Program-made: the position numbers and the translations under genes | The notes under the pieces: model-generated | What the model saw: only the letters and a program-made list of their open reading frames with translations | Told to the model about the DNA's origin: nothing | Databases searched by the model: none | NCBI GenBank assembly: GCA_964016885.1 | Contig: OZ024746.1 | Coordinates: 29,636,001 to 29,700,000, forward strand | Origin: Eledone cirrhosa | Lineage: Eukaryota | Length of the DNA: 64,000 nucleotides | Direction of reading: 5' to 3' | Part shown: positions 28,039 to 42,000 of the stretch, piece by piece | Position numbering within the stretch: position 1 is the stretch's first letter | How the letters are laid out: the number at the start of each line of letters is the position of its first letter

Positions 28039-28718
28039 TGTTATACTTTGGGAGGGTCATGTTGCCAATAAGAAACACACGCACCAGTTGCTTTCACTTC
28101 AATTTATTATATATTTATAAATTTATAAATTTATAAATTTCTGGTTGGTTGGTTGGTTCCACAACCAGATAGTTGTTTATATATAGTCATAGTTCTTTCG
28201 TCACACACTCTGTGACCTCTTCAGTGACTGGGGATTCCTTTCTTTGTTTCTGTGCCTCTCCTTTGTTCTGTCCTACGCCATTTTGTTTCTGTGCGTGTGT
28301 TGTGTGCTAAGTCTGCGCATGCGCCACATCCGGGTGTCTGTGTGTGTTTATGTTCATTTATTTATTTGTTTATTTACATGTTACTGGTTGGTTGTTTGTT
28401 CTATGTGAGTGTGTGTTTTCATTTTGTCCTTAATTGTAAGTTGTGATGTTGCTGTTCCACTCATATTTTCTATTTAATTTTGGTTGTAATTCTTTTATGT
28501 TTATTGCCTCTGTAATTTGTCTAAACATTGCGTCTTTTCTGTGTGTAGATTCTATTTTTATCTCTATGTTCTCTAATTTACCCTTGTGTTCTATCTTGGC
28601 ATGTTGGTAGAGTACAGATGATTCTTTATTATCTTGAAGGTCTCGCCAGTGTTCATTTATCGGTTTCAACACACGATTTCAGATAAAGAATCTTGCTAAA
28701 TAAATTCAGAAACGAAAT
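28035..28718 (-). mobile_element. Family A Penelope-like element: inverted tail, EN C-terminus, pLTR
   Basis: Links the family A ribozyme repeat physically to a GIY-YIG coding remnant. Confidence 0.88.
28430..28660 (-). pseudogene. GIY-YIG endonuclease C-terminus (Penelope-like)
   Basis: INEHWRDL...SVLYQHAKIEH...RQITEAINIKELQPKLNRKYEW: EH, H..H, R..E..I and P.LN motifs. Confidence 0.85.
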
Positions 28719-30700
28719 ATATATATATATATATATATCCGTATGTGGTTGACAACTGAGAGAAAAGTGTACTCAATACAGAAGTAGAGTTTAAATATTC
28801 ATATTATTATGTGATTATCGCTAAATAGTTAGTCTTGTTAATTTGGAGTTTCGCCTGTTTATCACATTAGCCTTATTAAAATGAATATATATATATATAT
28901 AAATATATATATGTATGTATGTGTGTGTGTTGTGTGTATGTATGTGTGTGTTTGCGTGTGTGTCTGTGTACGTGTGTTTGTGTGAGTATGTTGTAAATGC
29001 ACCGTTTGCAAAAAGTTTTGTAACAGTTAAAAACTACTAGAAGTTTTGATTTATTGACACTGCGTGCTTTAAAACTTCATTTTTCTCTCCCAATCGATTC
29101 ACTGATTAGATTGTTTTCTACTTCAGTATTTGTAATTTCTAAAACTGTTACAATGTACTCTAAGTTTTCTGTTTGAAGAGAGCCACCATCTATTGTTTTC
29201 TTTTTTATAACATTTTTTACACGCAGTATCCCTCTCTGTATCGTCCTGTACAGTCCTTAATAATTTCTTAATCTAAGCCTTGTGTAGCTGATAACGATAC
29301 TATTATGAAGGTGGTAGATTGGCATAATTCTTAAAGCATCGAATAAAATGCTTTGCGGTATTTAGTTAGGACTCGATGGGATTTGAACTGCGTATGTGTT
29401 CAAATACCATCGTTCGGGGTTATTCTCCTGCGTTTGATACAAGAAAGTAATTGTTATGTAATGGGATGAATGTTTATTTAAAGAGTGGTTACATTAGCAC
29501 ATCTCTCAGAAAGCTGATACTTGGCAGAAAGAATAGAGCGTCGGACAAAATGCTTTGCGGTATTTAGTCGAATTTCTGGGTTAGAATAGTTCAACACAAT
29601 CTCTGGGTGCGTCTAATATATCATTCCAGTTTCCCACTAATATTAATGAGTGAGATACGCCTTAGAAAGTCTCTATCCCTTGTTGTGGCATAAACCAAAC
29701 CTTTTAAATCGTGACTCCTTTTTATTAAAAGAAACTTATTACCTCCATTCCGGTTTTGTAGCAGAAAAACGAAATGCATGAAGAAAAAAATAAAGAAATC
29801 TTTATTTCAATGTGACGGAATTTTTCGGCACGGATATTAGTCAATTCTAAATTTTGTGGATTTGATTTTAAATGTACCAGAACAAAGTTTTATTTTCTTG
29901 CAGTAAAACATGCAATAACCAGTAAATACTGATTCTAAAGTTAGAATATAAGATACAAAAAAAGAAAAAAAAAACAATCTTAAATTTACTGGTGACCCCC
30001 ACCTTGCGAAGTTCTTGTATAAACGAGTAGGAAGTGAACTCACAACCCTTCATGTGGTATATGTCTAATAATTCCGATCTAAGAATATATGGAACGGTTG
30101 TGATGAGGAGCATTCTGATGGCAGATCAACTGAACATACTAAGTTAGCGTGAGACTTAGTACTGTTACGTGTCTTGTGTGCGTGGTGGATATCCGTCAGC
30201 TTCCGTGACGAGTGTTTTTTTTTTTTGCACGCTCATGAAATTAACACGCAAATAGGCGTACATTCCAGAAAAACGTATGCCCATAACATAATTCTCAGGG
30301 AGATACAGCACGCCACTGTGTATAACTAACTTTTACCAGTTGAGTGAATGGAGCAATATTAAATACAGTCTCTTGCTCAAGGTCACACCACACTGCTAGG
30401 AATCAAACTCACCACCTTGTGCTCGTCCATCAACATCAAAACAATATATCACGTTCTTTCACACAGACACTCACATATGCTTTTCGTAATTCCCAAGGAG
30501 ATTCAGCGTGTCACAGTGTATGAGAAAGCTGGCCCATTGAATTACAGGTATAGTTTTCACGATAGGCTACCAAACATATTTTGTCTTCCCAATTTCACAC
30601 ACATGCTCGAACAATCTAATGCAAAAACAACAACACTTGCGCAAGGTGTCATTTTGTACGACTGATCACATTAACTCACGGTTGCATAGCTAGCTACATA

Positions 30701-30731
<31 letters not shown>

Positions 30732-30939
30732 GCCGCGCACACACACACGCGCGCGCACACACACACATGTATTACGTCACCTCATCATTAAATGTTTGTT
30801 GTCATTTGTACAACCGGAAATCAAGAACCCAACGTTAAAGTCAACGTGTTTTTGTATATACACACACACAACAGGATCTGTATATATCTATCTATCTATC
30901 TATCTATCTCTATATAATATATATATATAAATATGTATG

Positions 30940-30985
<46 letters not shown>

Positions 30986-31499
30986 CCAGGTCAGTGTTCC
31001 TTTTCTTTGAATTTTCTACTGATTAATTAAATGGATGGGGTCATGCTGGGGCAGCCCCTTTGATGTTTTTATTCGATAATACCGACTCCAGTAAAATAAT
31101 GGCGGTAAACATCACAGACACACTCACTCAAACACACACACAATATACATATACATATATATATATATTTTTTTTTTATGTATGTATATATATATACATA
31201 TATATGTTATGTATGTATGTATATATATATTATGTATGTATAAAGTCTATCCTAGGTTCGGAAGCCCATCAATCCAGTACTTATCCTGGTTTTCATTGGC
31301 ATGAAGGAGCTACGAGAAGAAGACCCTCCCACACACACACCCATCCGGGGCAGGGCACCGGTCCATCACAGGGTTAACTCCCACCTAGTGCTGGTACTCA
31401 CTTTCTGCTGAGTGTAAGGAAGGAAAACGGCAAATCATTTCAGGAATGGAACACAAAGCTTTATCATCCTCAATACAATACATAAACACGCGTACAACT

Positions 31500-31605
<106 letters not shown>

Positions 31606-31656
31606 TTACATACATGCATACACACACTGACACACATATATAGTATAAACATATGC

Positions 31657-31915
31657 AAAAGTTCTATTTAAATTGTTGGGATACAACAAGCAAATATTTT
31701 TATAACTGATATAAAGCACTCAACAAGGGTTTGGAGTAAACATACGATATTAACAAATGTAAACTATATTTATAAAACCATATTTATTTTATTATACATA
31801 TTTCAAGGACACCACGTTAAATTATGGTGTGCTTTCATCAGACAAAATACAATATAGATAAGTTTAATAAATAAATATTGACATACCCTTAAAAAATGCA
31901 ACCACTACTGTTGGA
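31657..31915 (-). mobile_element. Family B long arm with hammerhead (~31785-31849)
   Basis: Homologous to 11846-12048, same tail end caaaagttctatttaaa. Confidence 0.82.
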
Positions 31916-32426
31916 GTGTGTGTAAGTATATATGTATGTGTACGTATATATATATATATACACATACATATATATTTACACACACACATATATATATGAT
32001 GTACAGGCATGGATTCGCAAACACGTGGTGGTTCCGGATTCAGTCCAAATAATCGGCACCAACGGCAAGTGTTGTCGGCTACTGCCTCGTGCTAACTAAT
32101 GCATCGCTAGTGGGTTGTGGTAAACGATATAGCAGAAGCAACATGTATGTGTGTTTTTATATATACACACACAAACACAAACACACACACATACACACAC
32201 ACACACATATAAAAAGGAACGATCGACTTTCGTCAAATCGGACCGAGGGAACAATGTTTCCGTTGGTCTTTCCAATTGCTAATACTATCTACCGGTCGCA
32301 ACTCCAGGTAGAAGGAGCAACGTGAAATAAAGTGCCTTGCTCAAGGACATAACGCATCGCCTGGTCCAGTAATCGAACTCACAACCTTACGATTGCGAAT
32401 CCAATTCTCTAACCACTCAGCCACAC

Positions 32427-32483
<57 letters not shown>

Positions 32484-32523
32484 TGTGTGTGTGTGTGTGT
32501 GTGTGTGCGAATGTCTGTCTTTG

Positions 32524-32622
<99 letters not shown>

Positions 32623-32907
32623 TGTGTGTGTGTGTGTGTGCGAATGTCTGTCTTTGCTTATGTATATATATATATATATATATATATTGTGTGTGTGCGA
32701 ATGTCTGTCTTTGCTTATGTTTATGTGTTTTACCTATGTTTATGTCCCATCACATAATGGTTCATTAGGAAAACTTAATCGATAAATAAATACCCGATTT
32801 AAAAGAAAAAAAATACTTGTATTGACATAATCAACTACAAAAAATTATCACACATATATGTATATGTATATGTATGTATGTATACACACACACACATACA
32901 CACACAA

Positions 32908-32940
<33 letters not shown>

Positions 32941-32942
<2 letters not shown>

Positions 32943-33150
32943 ACGAAGGAAATGTGGTAAGGAACCAGGTGGACCATAACGCACCAAAGTACTCAATACT
33001 TAGGGTAGTAGAGTGGGTAATAGGAACGAGTAGGACCCCGACGACTGAGCTCAAGCCGTTTCGACGGCTAATTCTGGACTAAAATGCTTTTTGTCCAGAA
33101 TTAGTCGTCGAAACGGCTTGAGCTCAGCCGTCGGGGTCCTACTCGTTCCT
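32941..33150. mobile_element. Family D asymmetric inverted element
   Basis: Arms ~33020-33080 and 33093-33151, tail on the left. Confidence 0.85.
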
Positions 33151-33153
33151 ATA

Positions 33154-33188
<35 letters not shown>

Positions 33189-34029
33189 GCTTTCGCTAAT
33201 AAACTTATACGATACTTTTTTATAAAAGCCAAAGTATGATAGAAAAAAAATGTGAGGTTTACATCTGCAGGATTTGAACTCTGCACCTACAGTATTGCGA
33301 ACATATATATTTATATTCAATATTTACAATAATCTTGTACTTACCACATTTGAAGTAGCATGTGGGCTCCGCTAAAACGAAAAACATGTGCTTCTCTGCT
33401 AATCTGAAGAAGAAACTCCTACAACGGTATTTCAATGAATGAAGTAGAGACGTCTGCTGATGTATGTTATGTTGTTATCAGCTGTGTTGTGTGCTGTGTT
33501 ACTGTTACTACTTCAAACTCGAACTACTGCTGCTACTCCTATTACAAACATAACTTGGAAAGGAACATGCTTTAGTGTTTATGATACACGGCTCACATTC
33601 CTAATGTCATGAGCTCGATTTCCGACAGAGGGCTTTATGCCCTTGTGCTAAACTTTATTTTACGTTGAGCTTTAAGTCAAATGGATAGCCTTGTACTGTT
33701 ACGTTAAATCTTCATCAGAACTACGTTAAAAGTTTACATATCTGTGAATTGCTCAGCCACGTACACTATAATACATGGTGGACTGTATTTATAATTCAAA
33801 TGGCTAGCTTTGTCGCACATTTTTTGTCACGCTGAAACTCCAGGAGAATTGCATTAATGATACATGCGTTTGTTGTTGAAATCGCAACCACTTTCACGCT
33901 AACTTAATTTAAGTGTAGGCTGTTCTGTTGTTTAATCAACTGGAACATCCATCATCGAAATAGACGGAGGTCCAACGTTGCTGTTGTAACTATAAACTGG
34001 CTCTACTGCTGCTGCTGATGCAGGTGATA

Positions 34030-34740
34030 CTACAAACAGTTTTGAGTCGTGTGTTGTTGATATGCCGCTGTTGCACAATACACAGGCTGCGATGCTGCTG
34101 TTGGTCAACACAGGCTGTGTTGCTGCTGTTGGACAATACAGAGGCTGTGTTGCTGCTGTTGGTCAACACACAGGCTGCGTTGCTGCTGTGGACAATACAG
34201 AGGCTGTGTTGCTGCTGTTGCTATTAAATAGGCTGCGTTGCTGCTGTTGGATAACACACAGACTCTATTGCTGCTGTTGGCAACATACAGGCTGCAATGT
34301 TGCTGTTGCTATTACACAGGTGGTGTTGCTGCTGTTGCTATTACATAAGTTGTGTTGCTGCTGTTGTTTAACACAGAGGCTGTGTTGCTGCTGTTGCTAT
34401 TACATAGGTTCTGTTGCTGCCGTTACAGAACACACAGCCTGCGTTGCTGCTGTTGCTGTTATACAAGTTCTGTTGCTGTTGTTGGTATTACATAAGCCGT
34501 ATTGCTGCTGTTATTACTACAAAAGATGCGTTGTTATTGGACAGCACAGAGGCTGTATTGCTGCTGTTTTTAATACATAGGCTATAGTGCTGCTGAGGTA
34601 ATGGCATAGGCTGTATTGCTGCTGTTTCTAATACATAGGCTATAGTGCTGCTGATAGTATTACATATGTTAAGTTGCTGCTGTTGCTAGTAGAAATGCTG
34701 TGGTGCTGCTGTTTCTTCAGTAATACTGTTTTAAGCTGTA
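34030..34740. repeat. Degenerate ~30-bp (GCT/GTT-rich) tandem repeat
   Basis: Recurring gttgctgctgttg...acacaggctgt. Confidence 0.75.
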
Positions 34741-35149
34741 CGATACAGAGAAATTGTCGCTAAACTTTTTCCTACTATCTTATATCAACTGACAAGTTAA
34801 CCGATCAACGTTTGTTTGGTGAATAAGATATTGTCCGTTGAATCAATGTGTGAATGGAGCATGGGCGAATTGTTAAGAGTTTCGCTTCGTAAACATTAGT
34901 CTCCGGGTTCGATCCTACGCAATGGCTTTCTGGACAAATGTCATTTACTGTTCGGAAGCACATCGGATGGAATGTACCTGTAATTAACAGGGCCAGTCCT
35001 GTCACATATCCCGAATCTCCCTGAGAAATCATTTGAAGGTATTACTGAAATAAACAGTCACTGTTAACAACAAATATTATATTAACTCTATGAACATTGA
35101 TTTCTTCATACCGTACATGTTAGTGTGTTTATTATACAGGCTTACAAAG

Positions 35150-35180
<31 letters not shown>

Positions 35181-35979
35181 TGTTGGTTTATTGATTTAGC
35201 TGTTTTAATAAATGTTTATGTCCGTGTTTTGTTCTTATTTAGCCCTGGGTCAATTATGATTATCACCTAAGTTAGGATCAAGTACACTCCAGCCATGGCC
35301 GTCCAATATGTCTATAATATTGAACTACATTATCCAAGATGTTCTATCTTATTTAACACTGTTTTCTAATTTGAGGGAGGTTTGGCTGCTCTTTCTCATA
35401 GATCAAGTGACAAAATGGAGAGTACCTTGTGTCCGTTGTCAAAATCTGTGATGGTGTGAATCCTTCACTAAAATAATTTTACTGCTTGAGGTACCGGTCT
35501 GTTGTTGTTGTGCTGTAGATACCGGCCTCTTGTTGCTGTGGAGTTGGTGGAGGTGGTGGTGGAGTTGCGGCCTGTTGTTGCTGCTGTTGTGGTTGTTGCG
35601 GAGTTGACGGTCTGTTGCGGTGGAGATGCCGGACTGTTGTTACTGCTGTTGTTGTTGTTGCTGTTGTGGAGTTGCAGGACTATTGCTGCTGCTGTTGTTC
35701 TTGTGGTTGTGTTTCAGGACTATTGTTGCTGCTGTTGTTGTTGTTGCGAAGTTGACGGTCTGTTGCTGCTGATGTTGTTGTTGTTGCGGTGGAGTTGCCG
35801 GACTGTTGTTACTGCTGTTGTTGTTGTTGTTGTTGTTGTGGAGTTGAAGGACTATTGCTGCTGCTGTTGTTCTTGTGGTTGTGTTTCAGGACTATTGTTG
35901 CTGCTGTTGTTGTTGTTGGTGGTGATTGGTAGAGGTGCCGGCTTCTTGCAGCTGGTGTTGCTGTTGTTGTTGGTGGAGT

Positions 35980-38900
35980 TGCAGGGCTATTGTCGTTGTT
36001 GTTGTGGTGGTGGCGGTGTTGCAGGGCTATTGTTACTGTTGTTGTGGTGGTGGCGGTGTTGCAGGGTTGTCACTGTTGTTGTGGTGGTGGCGGTGTTGCA
36101 GGGCGATTGTCACTGTTGTTGTGAGGGTGGCGGTATTTCAGGACTATTGTCGCTGCTGTTGTGATGGTGGCGGTGTTGCAGGGCTATTGTCACTGCTGTT
36201 GTGGTGGTGGCGGAGTTGCAGGGTTATTGTCACTGCTGCTGTGGTGGTGGCGGAGTTTCAGGACTATTGCTGCTGCTGTTGTCATGGTGGCGGAGTAAAA
36301 GGGCTATTGTCACTGTTGTTGTGGTGGTGGCGGTGTTGCAGGGCTATTGTAACTGTTGTTGTGGTGGTGGCGGTGTTGCACGGCTATTGTCACTGTTGTT
36401 GTGGTGGTGGCGGTGTTGCAAGGCTATTGTCACTGCTGTTGTGGTGGTGGCGGAGTTTCAGGACTATTGTCGCTGCTGTTGTGGTGGTGGCGGTGTTGCA
36501 GGGCTGTTGTCACTGCTGTTGTGATGGTGGCGGTGTTGCAAGGCTATTGTCACTGCTGTTGTGGTGGTGGTGGTGTTGCAGGGCTATTGCTTCTGCTATT
36601 GTGATGGTGGCGCTGTTGCAGGGCTATTGTCACTGCTGTTGTGGTGGTGGCGGTGTTGCAGGGCTATTGTCACTGCTGTTGTGGAGGTGGCGGAGTTTCA
36701 GGACTATTGTCACTGTTGTGGTGGTCGTGGCGGTGTTGCAGGGCTATTGTTGCTGCTGTTGTGGTGGTGGCGGAGTTGCAGAGCTATTGTTGCTGCTGTT
36801 GTGGAGGTGGCGGAGTTTCAGGACTATTGTCACTGTTGTGGTGGTCGTGGCGGTGTTGCAGGGCTATTGTTGCTGCTGTTGTGGTGGTGGCGGAGTTGCA
36901 GAGCTATTGTTGCTGCTGTTGTGGAGGTGGCGGAGTTTCAGGACTATTGTCACTGTTGTGGTGGTCGTGGCGGTGTTGCAGGGCTATTGTTGCTGCTGTT
37001 GTGGTGGTGGCGGAGTTGCAGAGCTATTGTTGCTGCTGTTGTGGAGGTGGCGGAGTTTCAGGACTATTGTCACTGTTGTGGTGGTCGTGGCGGTGTTGCA
37101 GGGCTATTGTCACTGCTGTTGTGGTGGTGGCGGAGTTTCAGGACTATTGTTGCTGCTGTTGTGGTGGTGGCGGTGTTGCAGGGCTATTGTCACTGTTGTT
37201 GTGGTCGTGGCGGTGTTTCAGGACTATTGTCACTGCTGTTGTGGTGGTGGCGGAGTTGCAGGGCTATTGTTGCTGCTGTTCTGGTGGTGGCGGAGTTGCA
37301 GGGCTATTGTTGCTGTTGTGGTAGTCGTGGCGGTGTTGCAGGGCTATTGTTGCTGCTGTTGTGGTGGTGGCGGTGTTTCAGGGCTATTGTCACTGCTGTT
37401 GTGGTGGTGGCGGAGTTGCAGGGCTATTGTCACTGCTGTTGTGGAGGTGGCGGAGTTTCAGGACTATTGTCACTGTTGTGGTGGTCGTGGCGGTGTTGCA
37501 GGGCTATTGTTGCTGCTGTGTGGTGGTGCCGGAGTTACAGGGCTATTGACACTGCTCTTGTGGAGGTGGCGGAGTTTCAGGACTATTGTTGCTGCTGTTG
37601 TGGTGGTGGCGGAGTTTCAGGACTATTGTTGCTGCTGTTGTGGTGGTGGCGGAGTTTCAGGACTATTGTTGCTGCTGTTGTGGTGGTGGCGGAGTTGCAG
37701 GGCTATTGTCACTGTTGTTGTGGTGGTGGCGGTTTTGCAGGGCTATTGTCACTGCTGTTGTGAGGGTGGCGGTATTTCAGGGCTATTGTCACTGCTGTTC
37801 TGGTGGTGGCGGTGTTTCAGGGCTATTGTTGCTGCTGTTGTGGTGGTGGCGGAGTTTCAGGACTATTGTTGCTGCTGTTGTGGAGGTGGCGGAGTTTCAG
37901 GACTATTGTTGCTGCTGTTGTGGTGGTGGCGGAGTTTCAGGACTATTGTTGCTGCTGTTGTGGTGGTGGCGGAGTTGCAGGGCTATTGTCACTGTTGTTG
38001 TGGTGGTGGCGGTGTTTCAGGGCTATTGTCACTGCTGTTCTGGTGGTGGCGGAGTTGCAGGGCTATTGTTGCTGCTGTTGTGGTGGTGGCGGAGTTTCAG
38101 GACTATTGTTGCTGCTGTTGTGGTGGTGGCGGTGTTGCAGGGCTATTGTCACTGTTGTTGCGGTGGTGGCGGTGTTGCAGGGCTATTGTCACTGTTGTTG
38201 TGGTGGTGGCGGTGTTGCAGGGCTATTGTCACTGTTGTTGTGGTGGTGGCGGAGTTGCAGGGCTATTGTCACTGTTGTTGTGGTGGTGGCGGAGTTGCAG
38301 GGCTATTGTTGCTGCTGTTCTGGTGGTGGCGGAGTTGCAGGGCTATTGTTGCTGCTGTTGTGAGGGTGGCGGTATTTCAGGACTATTGTCGCTGCTGTTG
38401 TGGTGGTGGTGGTGTTGCAGGGCTATTGTCACTGTTGTGGTAGTCGTGGCGGTGTTGCAGGGCTATTGTTGCTGCTGTTGTGGTGGTGGCGGTGTTTCAG
38501 GGCTATTGTCACTGCTGTTGTGGTGGTGGCGGTGTTTCAGGGCTATTGTCACTGCTGTTGTGGTGGTGGCGGAGTTGCAGGGCTATTGTCACTGTTGTTG
38601 TGGTGGTGGCGGAGTTGCAGGGCTATTGTCACTGTTGTTGTGGTGGTGGCGGAGTTGCAGGGCTATTGTCACTGTTGTTGTGGTGGTGGTGGTGTCGCAG
38701 GGCTATTGTCACTGCTGTTGTGGTGGTGGCGGTGTTGCAGGGCTATTGTCACTGCTGTTGTGGTGGTGGCGGTGTTTCAGGACTATTGTCACTGTGGTGC
38801 GGTGGTGGCAGAGTTGCAGGGCTATTGTCACTGTTGTTGTGGTGGTGGTGGTGTCGCAGGGCTATTGTCACTGCTGTTGTGGTGGTGGCGGTGTTTCAGG

Positions 38901-39075
38901 ACTATTGTCACTGCTGTTGTGGTGGTGGCGGTGTTTCAGGACTATTGTCACTGTGGTTGTGGTGGTGGCGGTGTTGCAGGGCTATTGTCACTGCTGTTGT
39001 GGTGGTGGCGGTGTTTCAGGACTATTGTCACTGTGGTGCGGTGGTGGCAGAGTTGCAGGGCTATTGTTACTGTTG
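35980..39075. repeat. 40-bp minisatellite
   Basis: gggctattgtcactgctgttgtggtggtggcggtgttgca, about 77 units estimated from length; degenerate lead-in from ~35500. Confidence 0.95.
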
Positions 39076-39096
39076 TGGTGGTGTTGTTGTCACACT

Positions 39097-42000
39097 TACT
39101 GTTGTAGTTACAGTTGTTGTTAATGTTGTAGTTACTGTTGCAGTTACTGTTGTAGTTACTGTTGTAGTTACTGTTGTAGTTACTGTTGTAGTTACTGTTG
39201 TAGTTATTGTTGTAGTTACTGTTGTAGTTACAGTTGTTGTTAATGTTGTAGTTACTGTTGTAGTTACTGTTGTAGTTACTGCTGTAGTTATTGTTGTAGT
39301 TACTGTTGTAGTTACTGTTGTAGTTACTGTTGTAATTACTGTTGTAGTTACTGTTGTAGTTACTGTTGTTGTTATTGTTGTAGTTACTGTTGTAGTTACT
39401 GTTGTAGTTACTGTTGTAGTTACAGTTGTTGTTAATGTTGTAGTTACTGTTGTAGTTACTGTTGTAGTTACTGTTGCAGTTACTATTGTAGTTACTGTTG
39501 TAGTTACTGTTGTAGTTACTGTTGTAGTTACTGTTGTAGTTACTGTTGTAGTTACAGTTGTTGTTAATGTTGTAGTTACTGTTGTAGTTACTGTTGTAGT
39601 TACTGTTGTAGTTATTGTTGTAGTTACTGTTGTAGTTACAGTTGTTGTTAATGTTGTAGTTACTGTTGTAGTTACTGTTGTAGTTACTGTTGTAGTTATT
39701 GTTGTAGTTACTGTTGTAGTTACTGTTGTAGTTACTGTTGTAATTACTGTTGTAGTTACTGTTGTAGTTACTGTTGTTGTTATTGTTGTAGTTACTGTTG
39801 TAGTTACTGTTGTTGTTACTGTTGTAGTTACTGTTGTAGTTACTGTTGTAGTTATTGTTGTAGTTACTGTTGTAGTTACTGTTGTAGTTACTGTTGTAGT
39901 TACTGTTGTAGTTACTGTTGTAGTTACTGTTGTTGTTATTGTTGTAGTTACTGTTGTAGTTACTGTTGTAGTTACTGTTGTTATTGTTGTAGTTACTGTT
40001 GTAGTTACTGTTGTAGTTACTGTTGTAGTTATTGTTGTAGTTATTGTTGTTGTTACTGTTGTAGTTATTGTTGTAGTTACTGTTGTTGTTACTGTTGTAG
40101 TTACTGTTGTTGTTATTGTTGTAGTTACTGTTGTAGTTACTGTTGTAGTTACTGTTGTTGTTATTGTTGTAGTTACTGTTGTAGTTACTGTTGTAGTTAC
40201 TGTTGTAGTTACTGTTGTTGTTATTGTTGTAGTTACTGTTGTAGTTACTGTTGTAGTTACTGTTGTAGTTACTGTTGTAGTTACTGTTGTAGTTACTGTT
40301 GTTGTTATTGTTGTAGTTACTGTTGTAGTTACTGTTGTAGTTACTGTTGTAGTTACTGTTGTAGTTACTGCTGTAGTTACTGTTGTAGTTACTGTTGTAG
40401 TTACTGTTGTAGTTACTGTTGTAGTTACTGTTGTAGTTATTGTTTTAGTTACTGTTGTGGTTACTGTTGTTGTTATTGTTGTAGTTACTGTTGTAGTTAC
40501 TGTTGTAGTTACTGTTGTAGTTACTGTTGTTGTTATTGTTGTAGTTACTGTTGTAGTTACTGTTGTAGTTACTGTTGTAGTTATTGTTGTAGTTACTGTT
40601 GTAGTTACTGTTGTAGTTACTGTTGTAGTTACTGTTGTAGTTACTGTTGTAGTTACTGTTGTAGTTACTGTTGTAGTTACTGTTGTAGTTACTGTTGTTG
40701 TTACTGTTGTAGTTACTGTTGTAGTTACAGTTGTAGTTATTGTTGTAGTTACTGTTGTAGTTACTGTTGTAGTTACTGTTGTAGTTACTGTTGTTGTTAT
40801 TGTTGTAGTTACTGTTGTAGTTACTGTTGTAGTTACTGTTGTAGTTACTGTTGTAGTTACTGTTGTTGTTATTGTTGTAGTTACTGTTGTAGTTACTGTT
40901 GTTGTTACTGTTGTAGTTACTGTTGTAGTTACTGTTGTAGTTATTGTTGTAGTTACTGTTGTAGTTACTGTTGTAGTTACTGTTGTAGTTACTGTTGTAG
41001 TTACTGTTGTAGTTACAGTTGTAGTTACTGTTGTAGTTACTGTTGTAGTTACTGTTGTAGTTACTGTTGTGGCTACTGTTGTAGTTACTGTTGTAGTTAC
41101 TGTTGTAGTTACTGCTGTAGTTACTGTTGTAGTTACTGTTGTAGCTACTGTTGTAGTTACTGTTGTAGTTACTGTTGTTGTTACTGTTGTGGCTACTGTT
41201 GTAGTTACTGTTGTTGTTACTGTTGTAGTTACTGTTGTAGTTACTGTTGTAGTTATTGTTGTAGTTACTGTTGTAGTTACTGTTGTGGCTACTGTTGTAG
41301 TTACTGTTGTTGTTACTGTTGTAGTTACTGTTGTAGTTACTTTTGTAGTTACTGTTGTAGTTGCTGTTGTAGTTACTGTTGTTGTTACTGTTGTAGTTAC
41401 TGTTGTAGTTACTGTTGTTGTTACTGTTGTAGTTATTGTTGTAGTTACTGTTGTAGTTATTGTTGTAGTTACTGTTGTTGTTACTGTTGTAGTTACTGTT
41501 GTAGTTAATGTTGTAGTTACTGTTGTAGTTATTGTTGTAGTTACTGTTGTAGTTACTGTTGTGGCTACTGTTGTAGTTACTGTTGTAGTTACTGTTGTTG
41601 TTACTGTTGTAGTTATTGTTGTAGTTACTGTTGTAGTTACTGTTGTGGCTACTGTTGTAGTTACTGTTGTTGTTACTGTTGTAGTTACTGTTGTTGTTAC
41701 TGTTGTAGTTACTGTTGTAGTTACTGTTGTAGTTACTGTTGTAGTTACTGTTGTAGTTACTGTTGTAGTTACTGTTGTAGTTACTGTTGTTGTTACTGTT
41801 GTAGTTATTGTTGTAGTTACTGTTGTAGTTACTGTTGTAGTTACTGTTGTTGTTACTGTTGTAGTTATTGTTGTAGTTACTGTTGTAGTTACTGTTGTGG
41901 CTACTGTTGTAGTTACTGTTGTAGTTACTGTTGTAGTTATTGTTGTAGTTACTGTTGTAGTTACTGTTGTTGTTACTGTTGTAGTTATTGTTGTAGTTAC

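Noticed and set aside
35926-39123. Cys/Trp/Gly-rich 1065-aa ORF and overlapping ORFs
   Set aside because: A 40-bp unit cycling through all three frames; all plus frames read alike, so not a protein
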